A DNA stretch of 64,000 nt. It comes from Blastocladiella emersonii ATCC 22665. Its lineage: Eukaryota; Fungi; Blastocladiomycota. The notes below the pieces were generated by a model. That model was not told the DNA's origin. It saw only the letters and a list, made by a program, of their open reading frames with translations, and did no database searches. Position numbers and translations under genes: made by a program. Below, piece after piece: positions 1-10,407 of the stretch. The stretch is from assembly GCA_025594325.1 (NCBI GenBank), contig JANHCV010000008.1, positions 1,736,001 to 1,800,000 on the forward strand, in the 5' to 3' direction. Each line of letters starts with the position of its first letter. The stretch's first letter is position 1.

Positions 1-139
1 AGGGTGAGCTTGGTTGGGCTCGACCGTTCTGACGCTCCCTCCCTAGGACTTGGTTCTGGATGCAGTTTCCTGATAAAACTAGTCATGTATCTAGTCTGAG
101 CAACATGACAGAAGGGAAAGTTAGTACAGGAGCGATTAT

Positions 140-337
140 CTGCTCATGGCCACCGATGGCCATCACGCCGCCGCTGCGCCGTGCTTCAAAATTTTCACAG
201 AGTCATTCACGTCGTTCACTCAAAATCTAGTTTTCCAATCATTACTAACATGGCGGTATGATGTTCGGAGCCAAGGCTGGCTCCTGAATCGAAAACGGCG
301 CAGCGGCGGCGCGATGGCCACCGGCGGCCATGAGCAG
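140..337. repeat. ~198-bp element bounded by 43-bp imperfect inverted repeats (MITE-like), AT-richer core
   Basis: 140-182 CTGCTCATGGCCACCGATGGCCATCACGCCGCCGCTGCGCCGT is the reverse complement of 295-337 with 3 mismatches. No clear target-site duplication seen. Confidence 0.6.
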
Positions 338-340
338 AAG

Positions 341-406
341 GTCGCGGGTCGGAGCGTGTTGCGGCGTCGCGGGTCGGAGCGTGTTGCGGCGTCGCCGCAA
401 CACGCT
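341..406. repeat. 25-bp tandem duplication ending in a perfect 14-bp-stem hairpin
   Basis: GTCGCGGGTCGGAGCGTGTTGCGGC at 341-365 and 366-390. AGCGTGTTGCGGCG (378-391) + T + CGCCGCAACACGCT (393-406). Confidence 0.85.
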
Positions 407-1128
407 TCTTTTGGCACCCTCGTCTTCAGAATCCGGCACTCCACCACCGGCTGGATTTCGCGAGCAGCAGCGTCGTCGACGCGTAGCGAAAGACGCGTTC
501 GGCTCACGTGCGCGGCTGAGCCTCAGCCACCACTCTCAGCCCCGCCTGTCCGCCACCCGATCCGCAGCTGCGGCTCCCTGCGACGTGCAAGAGCGCTGTC
601 GGAAGTCGGCCCCAGCCGTTCATGAATGACTGCGCCACGAACCAAGCACCAACCCATCAAGCTATCAAACCATGGCCCACCGCTTCGCTCGCCCTCCGCC
701 CGCTTGCCTCCCTGCTTGGGAAGGGACGAAGGCATCAGTGCTGCCCCGTCCGCGTCGCGCTTCTGCTCTCGCTCCTTCACTATCGCGCCCGCCCGTTTGG
801 CCGTGACCACCCATCCACCGGTCGTCTCCGCGTTCCTTGGCGTTGCTGGTCAACTGCATCGCTCTGCGCTTATAGTCTTCGAGCTGCCGCGCCTCCCGCC
901 GCCGTGCTGCTCGGCTGCGCCCGCGCTACCATCATTCCATCGCTGGCCGATCCCTCCTCGCTGAGCTGGCCTCACACATCTCCTCGTCCCCGCACTTAAC
1001 GCCTCCCGACGACACTTGCGCGTCAAGGCCGGCATCTCCTCGATACCGCTGCCGCCCTCTATCTATTACCTAGACGACCCCGCGCCTCCGAAGCGCCCTC
1101 CTCACACGACCATCTCATCATCATCACC

Positions 1129-3075
1129 ATGAACCTCCTCGCCTCGCTCGCGGCGATCCTCGCCCTCGCCACGCTGGCCGTGACCGCCGACCCACTGTCG
1201 CCCATCGGCCACCAGCGCCTGTCGCGCTACGACTTTGCCGACACATCCTCGGGCGGCCTGCCGCACCCGATGCCTCACCTCGTCCGTCGCGCGCTCGACC
1301 CGGTCGCCGTGGCCACGTCGTACCTGCGGACCAAGCTCGGCGTGCCAGCTGACGGGTACACGGTCCAGGACTCGTACACGGACTCGCACAACGGCGTGAC
1401 GCACGTGCACTTCATGCAGGTGGTGAACGGGACAGAGGTCGTCAACGGCGTCGCGGGCGTGTCGCTGGACCGCGCCAACAACGTGATCGCCTTCCACGAG
1501 TCGTTCGCGTCGCCGGCGGCCGTCAAGGCGCTCGCCGCGCGCAAGTCCAAGCTCGCGCCGACCGACGCCGTGCAGGCGCTCGCCACGCACCTGCGCGACG
1601 CGCGCGGGTGGCCCGGGATGCCCGACCGCGAGGCCGCGCTCGCGCAAACCACCGACGCCAAGGACACGGACGTCGTGTGGGTCCGCGGCGCGTCGTTTGC
1701 CGCAGACAAGATCTGGACCAAGCCCCGGCTGTACGTGGACGACGAGTCGGGCGCGCTCAACTGGGTCGTCGACGTGCGGGCGCGCACCGCGTCCAACTGG
1801 GTCGACGCGCAGGTCTCCAACAAGGGCGACGGCGCGGTACTCGGTCTCGTCGACTGGACGTCGGCCGCGCTGTACCGGGCGTTCCCGTCCGTCGGTTTCG
1901 CCAACGACGCGCTTGAGGGGAAGATGGCGCTGGTGCAGGACCCCGAGGACACGGCGCTCGCGTCGCCCAAGGGCTGGACCGAGTCGGGCGAGACGTCGGG
2001 CAACAACATCCTGGCGCGCGAGAGCCCGAACGGCGCGACGCGGCCCGACCGACCAACGGCCCGTGCCACGCGCGACCCGCAGCTGGGCAAGCTGTCGTTC
2101 GACTTTGCCGTCGATCCCGAGGACGGCAACCCCAAGGGCGCGGTGGCCGTCGACGCGAGCATCACCAACGCCTTCTACGCGACGAACCTGATGCACGACA
2201 TCCTGTACCACTTCGGGTTCAACGAGGCGGCGGGCAACTTCCAAAAGGACAATTTCGGGCGCGGCGGCAAGGGCGATGACGCGGTGCAGGTCAACGTGCA
2301 GGACAACTCGTCCAAGAACAACGCCAACTTCCTCACGCCGCCTGACGGCCAGACGCCCGTGCTCAAGGCGTTCCTGTTCGACGGCGGCAACCGGACGACG
2401 GACGGCGCGCTCGACGACTCGATCCTGTTCCACGAGTACTCGCACGGGATGGTGGGCCGGCTGACGGGCGGCGGGAGCAACCCGAACTGCCTGTCCAAGA
2501 CCGAGGCGGGCGGGATGAACGAGGGGTGGGCCGACATCATCGCCATCATGCTCAAGATCAAGGAGGGCGACACGCGGGCCAAGAACATGGCCATCGCGTC
2601 CTTCTCGACGGCCAAGGCGGCGGGGATCCGGCGCAACCCGTACTCGACGAGCACGACGACTAACCCGCTCACGTACACGGACCTGCCGAACCAGCGCGTG
2701 GTGCACCAGGTGGGCGAGATCTGGGCCAGCATGCTGTACGAGGCCGTGTGGAACATGATCGACAAGCACGGGTTCCAGGCCGACTGGCGCAAGACCAAGG
2801 CCAACGACCCGAACGCCAAGCTCGGCGGCAACGTGATCATGATGCAGCTGATTGTCGACGGGCTCAAGCTGCAGCCGTGCAACCCGACGTTCCGCCAGGC
2901 CCGCGACGCGATTATCCTGGCCGACAAGCAGAACAACAATGGCGACAACGAGTGCGAGCTGCGCCGCGCGTTCGGCAAGCGCGGGCTCGGCCCTAACGCG
3001 GGCAAGGCGGGTGAGGCCGACTTCTCGGTCCCCGACAAGTGCAACGCGCCGGGCGTGCGCCGGGTCACCTTCTGA
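1129..3075 (+). CDS. Secreted fungalysin (peptidase family M36 zinc metalloprotease), 648 aa, no introns
   Basis: Hydrophobic signal peptide; FTP-like propeptide (YTDSHNGVTHVHFMQVVNG); ITNAFYATNLMHDILYHFGFNEAAGNFQ; zinc motif HEYSH with downstream GMNEGW; LKLQPCNPTF; strong C/G third-position bias. Confidence 0.95.
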   Translation: MNLLASLAAILALATLAVTADPLSPIGHQRLSRYDFADTSSGGLPHPMPHLVRRALDPVAVATSYLRTKLGVPADGYTVQDSYTDSHNGVTHVHFMQVVNGTEVVNGVAGVSLDRANNVIAFHESFASPAAVKALAARKSKLAPTDAVQALATHLRDARGWPGMPDREAALAQTTDAKDTDVVWVRGASFAADKIWTKPRLYVDDESGALNWVVDVRARTASNWVDAQVSNKGDGAVLGLVDWTSAALYRAFPSVGFANDALEGKMALVQDPEDTALASPKGWTESGETSGNNILARESPNGATRPDRPTARATRDPQLGKLSFDFAVDPEDGNPKGAVAVDASITNAFYATNLMHDILYHFGFNEAAGNFQKDNFGRGGKGDDAVQVNVQDNSSKNNANFLTPPDGQTPVLKAFLFDGGNRTTDGALDDSILFHEYSHGMVGRLTGGGSNPNCLSKTEAGGMNEGWADIIAIMLKIKEGDTRAKNMAIASFSTAKAAGIRRNPYSTSTTTNPLTYTDLPNQRVVHQVGEIWASMLYEAVWNMIDKHGFQADWRKTKANDPNAKLGGNVIMMQLIVDGLKLQPCNPTFRQARDAIILADKQNNNGDNECELRRAFGKRGLGPNAGKAGEADFSVPDKCNAPGVRRVTF

Positions 3076-3245
3076 TCTGAATACAATCAATCGTCTCATT
3101 CAATGGCCAGTCACACACACGAGAGACGCGGGATGGGTGGGGGTATGTGCACGGCATGTATACAAGAGTACAGAATGGGACAGGACACGAAGGAGGGGGA
3201 GATATTCACAAAGGCGGCGGCGGGGAACCGGACCGGAGGGTGAGC

Positions 3246-3881
3246 TTAGAAGCCCGAGTTGCCGAAGGACGAGAAGTCGACCGAGTTGGCGTCGCCGTGC
3301 GGAGGGACAACGCCGCCCGAGAAGTCGGTGCCGGAAAAGTCGGTGTTGCCGCCAAAGGTCGGGTCGAAGGTGGCCGAGGATGGGTCGAACGAGGCGGCCG
3401 AGGGATCAAAGGTCGCGGCCGAGGGGTCGAAGGTGGCGCCGGACGGGTCAAAGGTCGAGGCAGACGGGTCGAACGAGTTGGCGGCGCCGAACGCGTCGTC
3501 GACCGAGTGGTGCACGCCGACGTTGCCCGAGCTGATGGCGGTGCCATGGAACCAGCCGTCGGCGTCGGGCTGCGGGAGGACGGGCTCGTTGCTCGGGAGC
3601 GGCTGCGGCGCGTGCGCGGCGGGCCCGCCAGCGGGCGCACCGCCGGTGGCCGGCGTGTTGCCCCAGGTCACTGGCCCGTGGAACCAGCCGTCCGCGTCAG
3701 GCTGCGGGAGGGCGGTGGCGGGGTCGGACGAGGTGGTCGGGGCGGGGGCGGGCACGGCCTTGGAGGCGTCGACGCCCGAGGAGCTGCCGCCCGTGGCCGG
3801 CGTGTTCCCCCACGTCACGGGCCCGTGGAACCAGCCGTCGGCGTCGGGGACGGGCAGGGCGGATCCAGACGAAGAAGACAT
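3246..3881 (-). CDS. Unknown ~211-aa repeat protein: 3x LPxPDADGWFHG(PVTWGNTPATGG) and ~6x (S/T)FDPSAA heptads
   Basis: Open frame from ATG at 3881 (MSSSSGSALP...) to the stop at 3246. Repeat units differ mostly at synonymous positions; codon bias as in neighbouring genes. Confidence 0.75.
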   Translation of the reverse strand: MSSSSGSALPVPDADGWFHGPVTWGNTPATGGSSSGVDASKAVPAPAPTTSSDPATALPQPDADGWFHGPVTWGNTPATGGAPAGGPAAHAPQPLPSNEPVLPQPDADGWFHGTAISSGNVGVHHSVDDAFGAANSFDPSASTFDPSGATFDPSAATFDPSAASFDPSSATFDPTFGGNTDFSGTDFSGGVVPPHGDANSVDFSSFGNSGF

Positions 3882-5715
3882 GGTGGTGTTGGTGGTATTG
3901 CAGCAAGTTGTTGTCGGTGCAGAGGCGCGATTACATGAGCTGGTTGTGCGTTGGCGGGAGCGGCAGCGGCGCGCGGGGGCTCGCCGCCGTTTTGAAGGGC
4001 GCGCCGCGAGCACAGCGCGGGCTGTGAGAACGAACTCAATCGTCGCCGAGAGGGCGCGCGTGTGAGCGCGAGTGGTTCGCCCAAGTCAGCGAACGTCGCC
4101 TTCCAAAGTCAGCGGACGACGCCGCTGCGCTGCCGCTGCGGATCCACTCAGCCTCGCCGGTGTTGGCGGCGGTGTCGCTGGCCGTTTGCATCCCTTCTCG
4201 CCAACTCTCCAGCGTGATCGAGCTCCGTTTTCGCCACGGTGTAGGCTGGAAGCGTCATGACACGGGTTGGGACGCGCGGTGGTCACCATGCGCGAGCAGG
4301 AAGGCGGGTCGCGGGACTGGACGACATCCTCAGCGACGAGATTCGTGACGGTCCTTGACGCGTCGACGGACGTGACTACAGCGCGCTACCACGGTGTCGT
4401 GTGTGGCAATCCCGTCCTGTTTGGAGGGCTGGCGTAACAGGACGCGGGCATGGACGCTCGTGATCAACGCGATGATGCGGTGCCTCGACTCGACGGAAGG
4501 AAGCGCAACCGCTGCTCTTCTCGTCCGCATCCTTGGAGCCTGCCTTGGAGCTCTGCCGTGCGATGTCTGTACAGGAGACGTGAGATTTCTGAAGGGCGGC
4601 AGCCAAATCCGTGTCGGGGATCACGTCCCTAAACGTACGCCCGGCCGCCGCGGTGAGTCCGACGGCCGCCAACGACTAGACATATTCCTGATCTGGCTTC
4701 CATACTGCATAGCCGTCGACAGAGCGTCCCGCCTGGCCCTCGTGCTCGGGCAGGGCCTGAAGACTGTGCGAGGAAGTGCCGCGTCAACGGCAACGGTGGT
4801 CCTTGGCGAACGTGGACTTGTCGAGATCTCTCAGGCGGAGGCCAAGTCTTTGCGGCGGCCTTATGCGCACAGCATGGACGACACGTCCAACAACATACCG
4901 GTCTGCTGAATTCATGAGGGCGCTCACGCGTCGTGGCCAAGGTGCTCGGACAACCGAGGTGCGCGGCACACTTGTCACACGCACAGCAGGCACAATCGAG
5001 GTAACGGTGGACGACTGTTGATGGGGTGATGATGTGATGATCAAGTTGAGTTTGAGGACCAAAGTAGCAACGTAGTTTCCCGTGACGATGGAAACGGGCG
5101 AGGAGAGCTCAGAAACCGTGGTAAACGTGGTCCACATTCAAGCCGAGGGCTCGAGTCAGATAGAGCTAATACATATGGATTTACAGTTTCATCATCGCTG
5201 GACGTCGATGGCGACGACACGACGAGGTCGCCGTGGCCGTGGCCGCCAAGGCAGTCGATCGAGACGGTCAGAAAGCAGCAAGTGCGTGCGTGTATCTTCC
5301 CGGCACAACCGCGGGTCCCGGTGCGCCAGCCCACGAGTGAGCCGACGCGGCGACGGGCGGTTGTTGTAGGGAAGCGGCCGGGTCGCCGTTGTTTGTCCTA
5401 GGGCGGGTCCCGGCGCTCGGTCCGTCTGCACGGCTTCGAAACCCAGCACTGGGCGCTCGCGGCGGCGCGGCCAGCTGGGGGGTAAGTCGTGCAACAGGAT
5501 CAGCGATCGGGGAGGGCGAGGTCGGCGGCCAAGTTTTGGTCGGCCGTCGCGGGACGCGAGACGCGGTTGCGGGTGGCGCACGCCGCGCGGCGTGATGCGT
5601 TGCCACGGAGCCATCACCTCCCCCTGTTCTGTTCTGTTCGGGCTGGCGAATCACACAGAGACTCTCCCCATGTATGCGATGCAAATGGAGACACAAAGAT
5701 GACTCGTCAACAAAA

Positions 5716-7394
5716 CTAGTCGACGCGCTTGAGGTCGCCGAACAGCACGCCGCACGACTTGCACTTGCCGCCCGTGGCCTGCCGCATCGCGCACCGCTTG
5801 CACAGCGTCGGGCACCGGCACACGGACCCGCCGTACTCGATGGGTGCCTTGTGGCACACGAGGCAGAGCGGATCGGCGGTTGTGTGGTCGTGCTCGCTCG
5901 GGGTGGCGGCGGCAGCGACGCGCTCCTTGGGCTGCTGCTCGTGGTGGTGGTGATCCATGGCGGGAAGCGTGATGTGGTGCTGCTGCTGCTCTTGCTCTTG
6001 TTGTTGCGGGTGGTGATCTGCTCGCGAGAGAGGGGAAAGGCAGTGGGGCGTGAGTGAGTGAGTTGAGTGACCAGCGCGTCGTAAACCTTGTGCGCGACGT
6101 ACCGGAACCGTTCTCGGCACGAGCCAGAGACTGCTCCCACCGCGCGCGGACGAGGCCCAGCAACGTGTCCTGGTACCCGCCGCCCACGCCCTGGAAGCTG
6201 GGAAAGTAGTTGACGTCGACGAGGTACAGCCGCCGCTCGGCCGCGTGGTACACGGCGTCGAAGCCGAACAGGGTCAGGTTCTGTTGGTTACGAGTGAGGG
6301 GGTGAACGATCCAGGTCTGAGAGAGAGCGGAACGCGTACCATGGTGCTGGCGATCCGCTTGGTGAGCGCCGCGAGCTGGGCGCGGATCCCGTCCGAGTCG
6401 AGCCGCCGCGCCGTCTCTGCGCGGTCCTCGGCGGTCGCCGACAGGAACGCAGCCTGTACGGAGCCCATGGTTGATCCGTTGGTGGACTCGGGGAACGCCT
6501 TGGGGATGCGCTGCGAGTCGAACACGAGCGGCTCGCCTGGTGGACGCACGAGCTATGAGTGAGCGGACTGTGGTTCACGAGACTGAAATGACGTACCGAT
6601 GTCCTCCCAGCGGTCCTTGAGCGAAGGGCGGAGCAGCACATGGGGACGGTCGGGACCCAGGGCGTACACCTTGTACAGCACGCCGCCGTGCGGAACCAGC
6701 TGCTGGATCGTGACCTGCTCGTCGGAGTCAAAGGGTCCGCCCGCCACGAGCGCCGCCCACTGGGCAGGTCCGGCAACGACCGCCATGACGTGCGACGCGT
6801 GGCTCGAGCACGCCTCGTCGCGCTTGACGATGAGCGGGAACGGGCCCGTACCCGTACCACTGGGTGACGACGCGGACAGCTCGGCCGTAGCTGCCGCGAG
6901 CGTCGTCGCAGCGAGCGTGCGGGGTAGCGCCAAGACACCCTCGCTGTCCCCGGCCACGACGGCGGCGAGGGCCTCGGCCATGCGCTCGCGGCTCTGCAGC
7001 GGGACCAGCGACTCGACCGGGTCCATGAACGGCACGCGCGGGTGCGCCGCGCGGTACGCCACGACGCGGTCCCAGTGCGCCGTCGCATCGGGGTCGCCCG
7101 CCGTGAAGCCGAGAAACGTCTCGCTGAGCTTGTGCAGGATCACGTCAAAGGCGCCCTGCTCGGCAATGGGCCGCTCGAGCGAGATGAACGTGACGCGCAT
7201 GTTGTGCTTGGCGCTGGTGGCGTCGTCGCTGTTAGTTGGTGCTGGCTCCGAGAAAGCGGACGGGCAGCGTACGCGGCGTGCTCGGCGAGGCCGTCGAAGC
7301 CCGACTGCGCGCGCTTCTTGAGCGGGAAGATGACGCCGAGGTGCAGCGGCGGCATCGCCTGGTTCATGTCCACGTTTTCCATTGAAGGTTGCAT
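5716..7394 (-). CDS. ITPK1: Inositol-tetrakisphosphate 1-kinase (ITPK1, ATP-grasp), probable C-terminal RING-like exon; left-arm copy. Exons 7394-7273, 7228-6597, 6536-6340, 6280-6103, 6017-5716
   Basis: Mirror of the right-arm model. Motifs EQGAFDVILHKL, PLIVK, QQLVPHGGVLYKVY, LFGFD, LVDVNYFPSF. Confidence 0.8.
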
Positions 7395-7584
7395 CGAGTT
7401 GTGAGAGTTGTGAGGGGGGATCTTCGAGGGGAGGGAGCGGCGATGGGAGCTGGAGGGCGGCCACGGTCGGCGCGTCGCTCACCTCTTCTCGCCCGTTCAC
7501 CGCAACCTCACCCTGAAAGCGATGCATGTCTGGACGGGTATGGTTGTATATTCATCAGTCGACGTGGCCGAGACGCAGAGGCTA

Positions 7585-8426
7585 CTACTGCGGCGGTCGC
7601 GCGCGGCCCATGGGGCAGAAGTTGGCAAAGTGGCCCTTGCGGCCGCAGCGGAAGCAGACTATACGTGTGGGAGCGAGGGTGTCAGTCCAGGGATGAAGGA
7701 AGAGCGCAACGAGAGAGGGGGTGCACCAATGTGGTCGAGGCGGCCGTTGCTATTGTCGTCGCCCGCACCAGGACCGCCGCCGCCAAAGGGCCCGGAACCA
7801 CTGCCGTGGTGGAACTCGTCGTCGTCGACCGTCGGGACCTCAAACTTGGGGTGGCCGTTGGCGCACGCCTTGCCGTACGGGCAGAAGCCGGCCAGGTACA
7901 GCAGGCACGGCGTCTTCTTGATGTGCTTGTTCTTGCAGCTCGGGCCGTGGCGGCAGAAGCCGCGCGCGAACCACGGGCACTCGCGCACCTTGGAGCTCGG
8001 GTCGACGTGGCGGTACTCGCACTCGGGGTTCGAGCACTCGCCGTACTTTGCAAAGAACCAGCACTCGGGCATCTTGCGCAGGTTGTACTCGTGCAGGAAC
8101 TCGCACGCGTCGCTCTTCTTGCACAGGCCGCGCAGCCAGTGCTTGCACACCACCTTGCGCGACGGCGGCGGGTGCCGGAACGGGCAGCGCACGCCGAGCG
8201 CGCACGTCTGCCCGCGCACGTACGACCGGCACGGCGGCGGCCGCGTCGGCACGAGCGCGATCCCGAGGTCCGACGCGACAAACTCTTCAAAGTCGAACAC
8301 AAAGTCGTCGGCCGATGCGGACGCGACGGCTGTTGTTGGGGTGGGGCCGTTCGCCGTCGCCGCGAGGGCCGGCTGCGGCACGCCGGGCGCAGCAAAGGAC
8401 GGGAGGCGCGGCAGCGTCGATGTCAT
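7585..8426 (-). CDS. YTH1: CPSF30/YTH1 mRNA 3'-processing factor (5 CCCH fingers plus CCHC knuckle); left-arm copy, intron 7659-7726
   Basis: VCKHWLRGLCKKSDACEFLHEYNLRKMPEC and ECPWFARGFCRHGPSCKNKH. Mirror of 31589-32430. Confidence 0.93.
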
Positions 8427-9043
8427 GGTTGTCGTGTCGGCGCCGCGTCGTCGTTGCAGCGAGTATACATGGGCGGGTGGTGTTGTTGGAAGGGGGAGAG
8501 GATGAGGGAAGCGACGACGTCGCTGTGGACGACGACGCAGGGCGGCCCGCTCTCACGCTCTCCCGTGCGACCGCCGCTCTCTCTCGCTTTTCGGCCGTGA
8601 CATGCAATCGACCTCATGAACACGAATGAACGGACGGGCGGCGTCGCGATGGTGGACTCGCGGCCGTGACGGCGGCGGTCTCACCGTCGACGCCGCACCG
8701 CCACCCGCGCGCGGCCCTCGTCTCAAGAACCGTGCCGCGCCGTATCGCAGACGGTGGATGGTGGTGGGCCTGGCGTTCGGGGATCCATCGCTGACTCGGC
8801 CGGTCTCACCGTGCGCCGCAGCGACCGCGACGTCGCGTCCACTCGCCCGCCTCGGCCGGCCCGGCGACGCCCAGCCCGTGCCGATTCGACCGCGCTCCGG
8901 ACCGCAGCTGCTGTACCGCAGGCCGCCGTCGGGATCCAGGGCGCGCGGGTTTCGGGTGCCGCCGTCGCCCTCGGTGAACGACGCGGCGACGACTATTTCC
9001 GGACCCGCCTCGCCTCCACTGCCCACCGCTCGCGTCGGAGATG

Positions 9044-9048
9044 TATAA
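9044..9048 (+). promoter_or_regulatory. Possible TATA box for the 9115 ORF (mirror at 30967-30971)
   Basis: TATAA in otherwise very GC-rich DNA, about 67 nt upstream of the ATG. Confidence 0.3.
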
Positions 9049-9114
9049 GGGCCCGGCGTCCCCGCCGCTGCCTGCACGCGCGCTCGCTACTCGATCAACC
9101 GCTCCCAGACCACC

Positions 9115-9873
9115 ATGTCCGTCGCCAACTTTGCCAGCACCGCCGCCGTCCAGTCGCAGACGCAGATGGCCGCGGGCGCGCCGGCCGACGTCGCGCAGCT
9201 CCTGTCGCAGCTCCAGTCGCAGCTGGCTCAGTCCCAGCAGCAGGCGCAGCAGCAGCAGGCACACGGTGCCGTCGCCGCACCTGGTCCCGCCACCACCACT
9301 GCCTTCTCGGCCCCCGCCGCGAGCTCTTCCTCGTCCATGTCGACCGCGTCCACGACGCTATCCAACGGCGAGACCCACACCACGACCCTCGTCAACGGCG
9401 TGCCCGTCGGTCACCACCAGCAGCAGGGCCAGTTTGACGGCCACGGGGCCACCGCCTTCGGCAGCGACTACGCGGGATGGCCCTCGACGGGCTCCTCGCA
9501 CCATGACACGTCGTCCTCGTTCCCGGCCCACGACTCGGCCAGCGGATACGGCACTTGGAACGCCAACTCGCACGACGCATGCTGGCCCACCGCAACGGGC
9601 AACACGGACGCGTTCCACACTTCCTCGACGGGCAACCACGGCGACGTGTTCACGCTCGGCTCCGGGTTCGGCGGCGACGCCTTTGTCGCGTCCGCCGGTC
9701 CCGCTCAGGCGACCTCGACCGACCACTCGGCCGCGTTCGGCGGCGGCGGCGGCGGCAACTGGCAGTCGACCTCGAGCCAGACGACGACGGGCGCCGACGG
9801 CCAGTCCGTGACCGTGACCACGGTCGACGGGTCGCACCTGCCGCACGAGATGACCTCGGTCAGCTTTGCCTGA
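9115..9873 (+). CDS. Unknown 252-aa low-complexity Gln/Ser/Thr/Gly/His-rich protein; left-arm copy
   Basis: ATG in ACCATG context, C/G-biased codons, Q-rich N-terminus. No domain recognised. Confidence 0.7.
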   Translation: MSVANFASTAAVQSQTQMAAGAPADVAQLLSQLQSQLAQSQQQAQQQQAHGAVAAPGPATTTAFSAPAASSSSSMSTASTTLSNGETHTTTLVNGVPVGHHQQQGQFDGHGATAFGSDYAGWPSTGSSHHDTSSSFPAHDSASGYGTWNANSHDACWPTATGNTDAFHTSSTGNHGDVFTLGSGFGGDAFVASAGPAQATSTDHSAAFGGGGGGNWQSTSSQTTTGADGQSVTVTTVDGSHLPHEMTSVSFA

Positions 9874-10407
9874 GGTTCCGATCGTGCTGGGCGGCGCTGG
9901 TTAGCTTATATACACTCTTCCCGTGACGACTCGGTTTGGTCCCCTTCGATGCAAGCATTGTGGGGGGCAGGAATGGATTACACGGGCCGGCTGAGGGTGG
10001 CGCTGGTACTCCGCTTCCGGCGAAGCCAAGGTTACCACTTGATCTCGACGGGGACGCTGGTGTTCGTGAGGAAAAGGGCCGTTGAAGGTTTCAAGTCCAC
10101 GCGGGTGGCGCGACGCGTCTTCGCTGCTCATGTCCTCTGTACTCGACAAGTGTCGCTGCTGCGGGCATTGATGTGAAGGTCAGAAGGGAGCGCCACAATG
10201 GCTCCAGTACAATTCCATGGAACAAGTCAAGAACAGGGAAACCAAAACACGGGCGAGCGGAGAGGGGAGAGTTGGGAATCGAAGGGGAACGAGTACGAGC
10301 AAAGGGGAGTCGAGGGGGAGCAAGAGAAAAGGAGGCGGGTGAGGAGACATGGGAAGGGGAACATCAAGTGGAGGAAGGTAGGGAGGGGAGGAGAGCACGG
10401 TCCTCGG

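Noticed and set aside
1102-3099. Long antisense and alternate-frame ORFs over real genes (for example 665 aa at 1102-3099, 788 aa at 23389-25755, 636 aa at 39837-41747)
   Set aside because: Shadow ORFs expected from high GC and strong third-position bias; Arg/Ala/Gly-rich with no motifs.
4394-4909. 171-aa ORF next to the left arm
   Set aside because: No motif and weak codon bias; probably degenerate sequence.
6553-6555. Left ITPK1 copy as a pseudogene because its ORF stops 93 aa earlier
   Set aside because: The TAG lies inside the 60-nt intron (6537-6596); the spliced products of both copies are identical.
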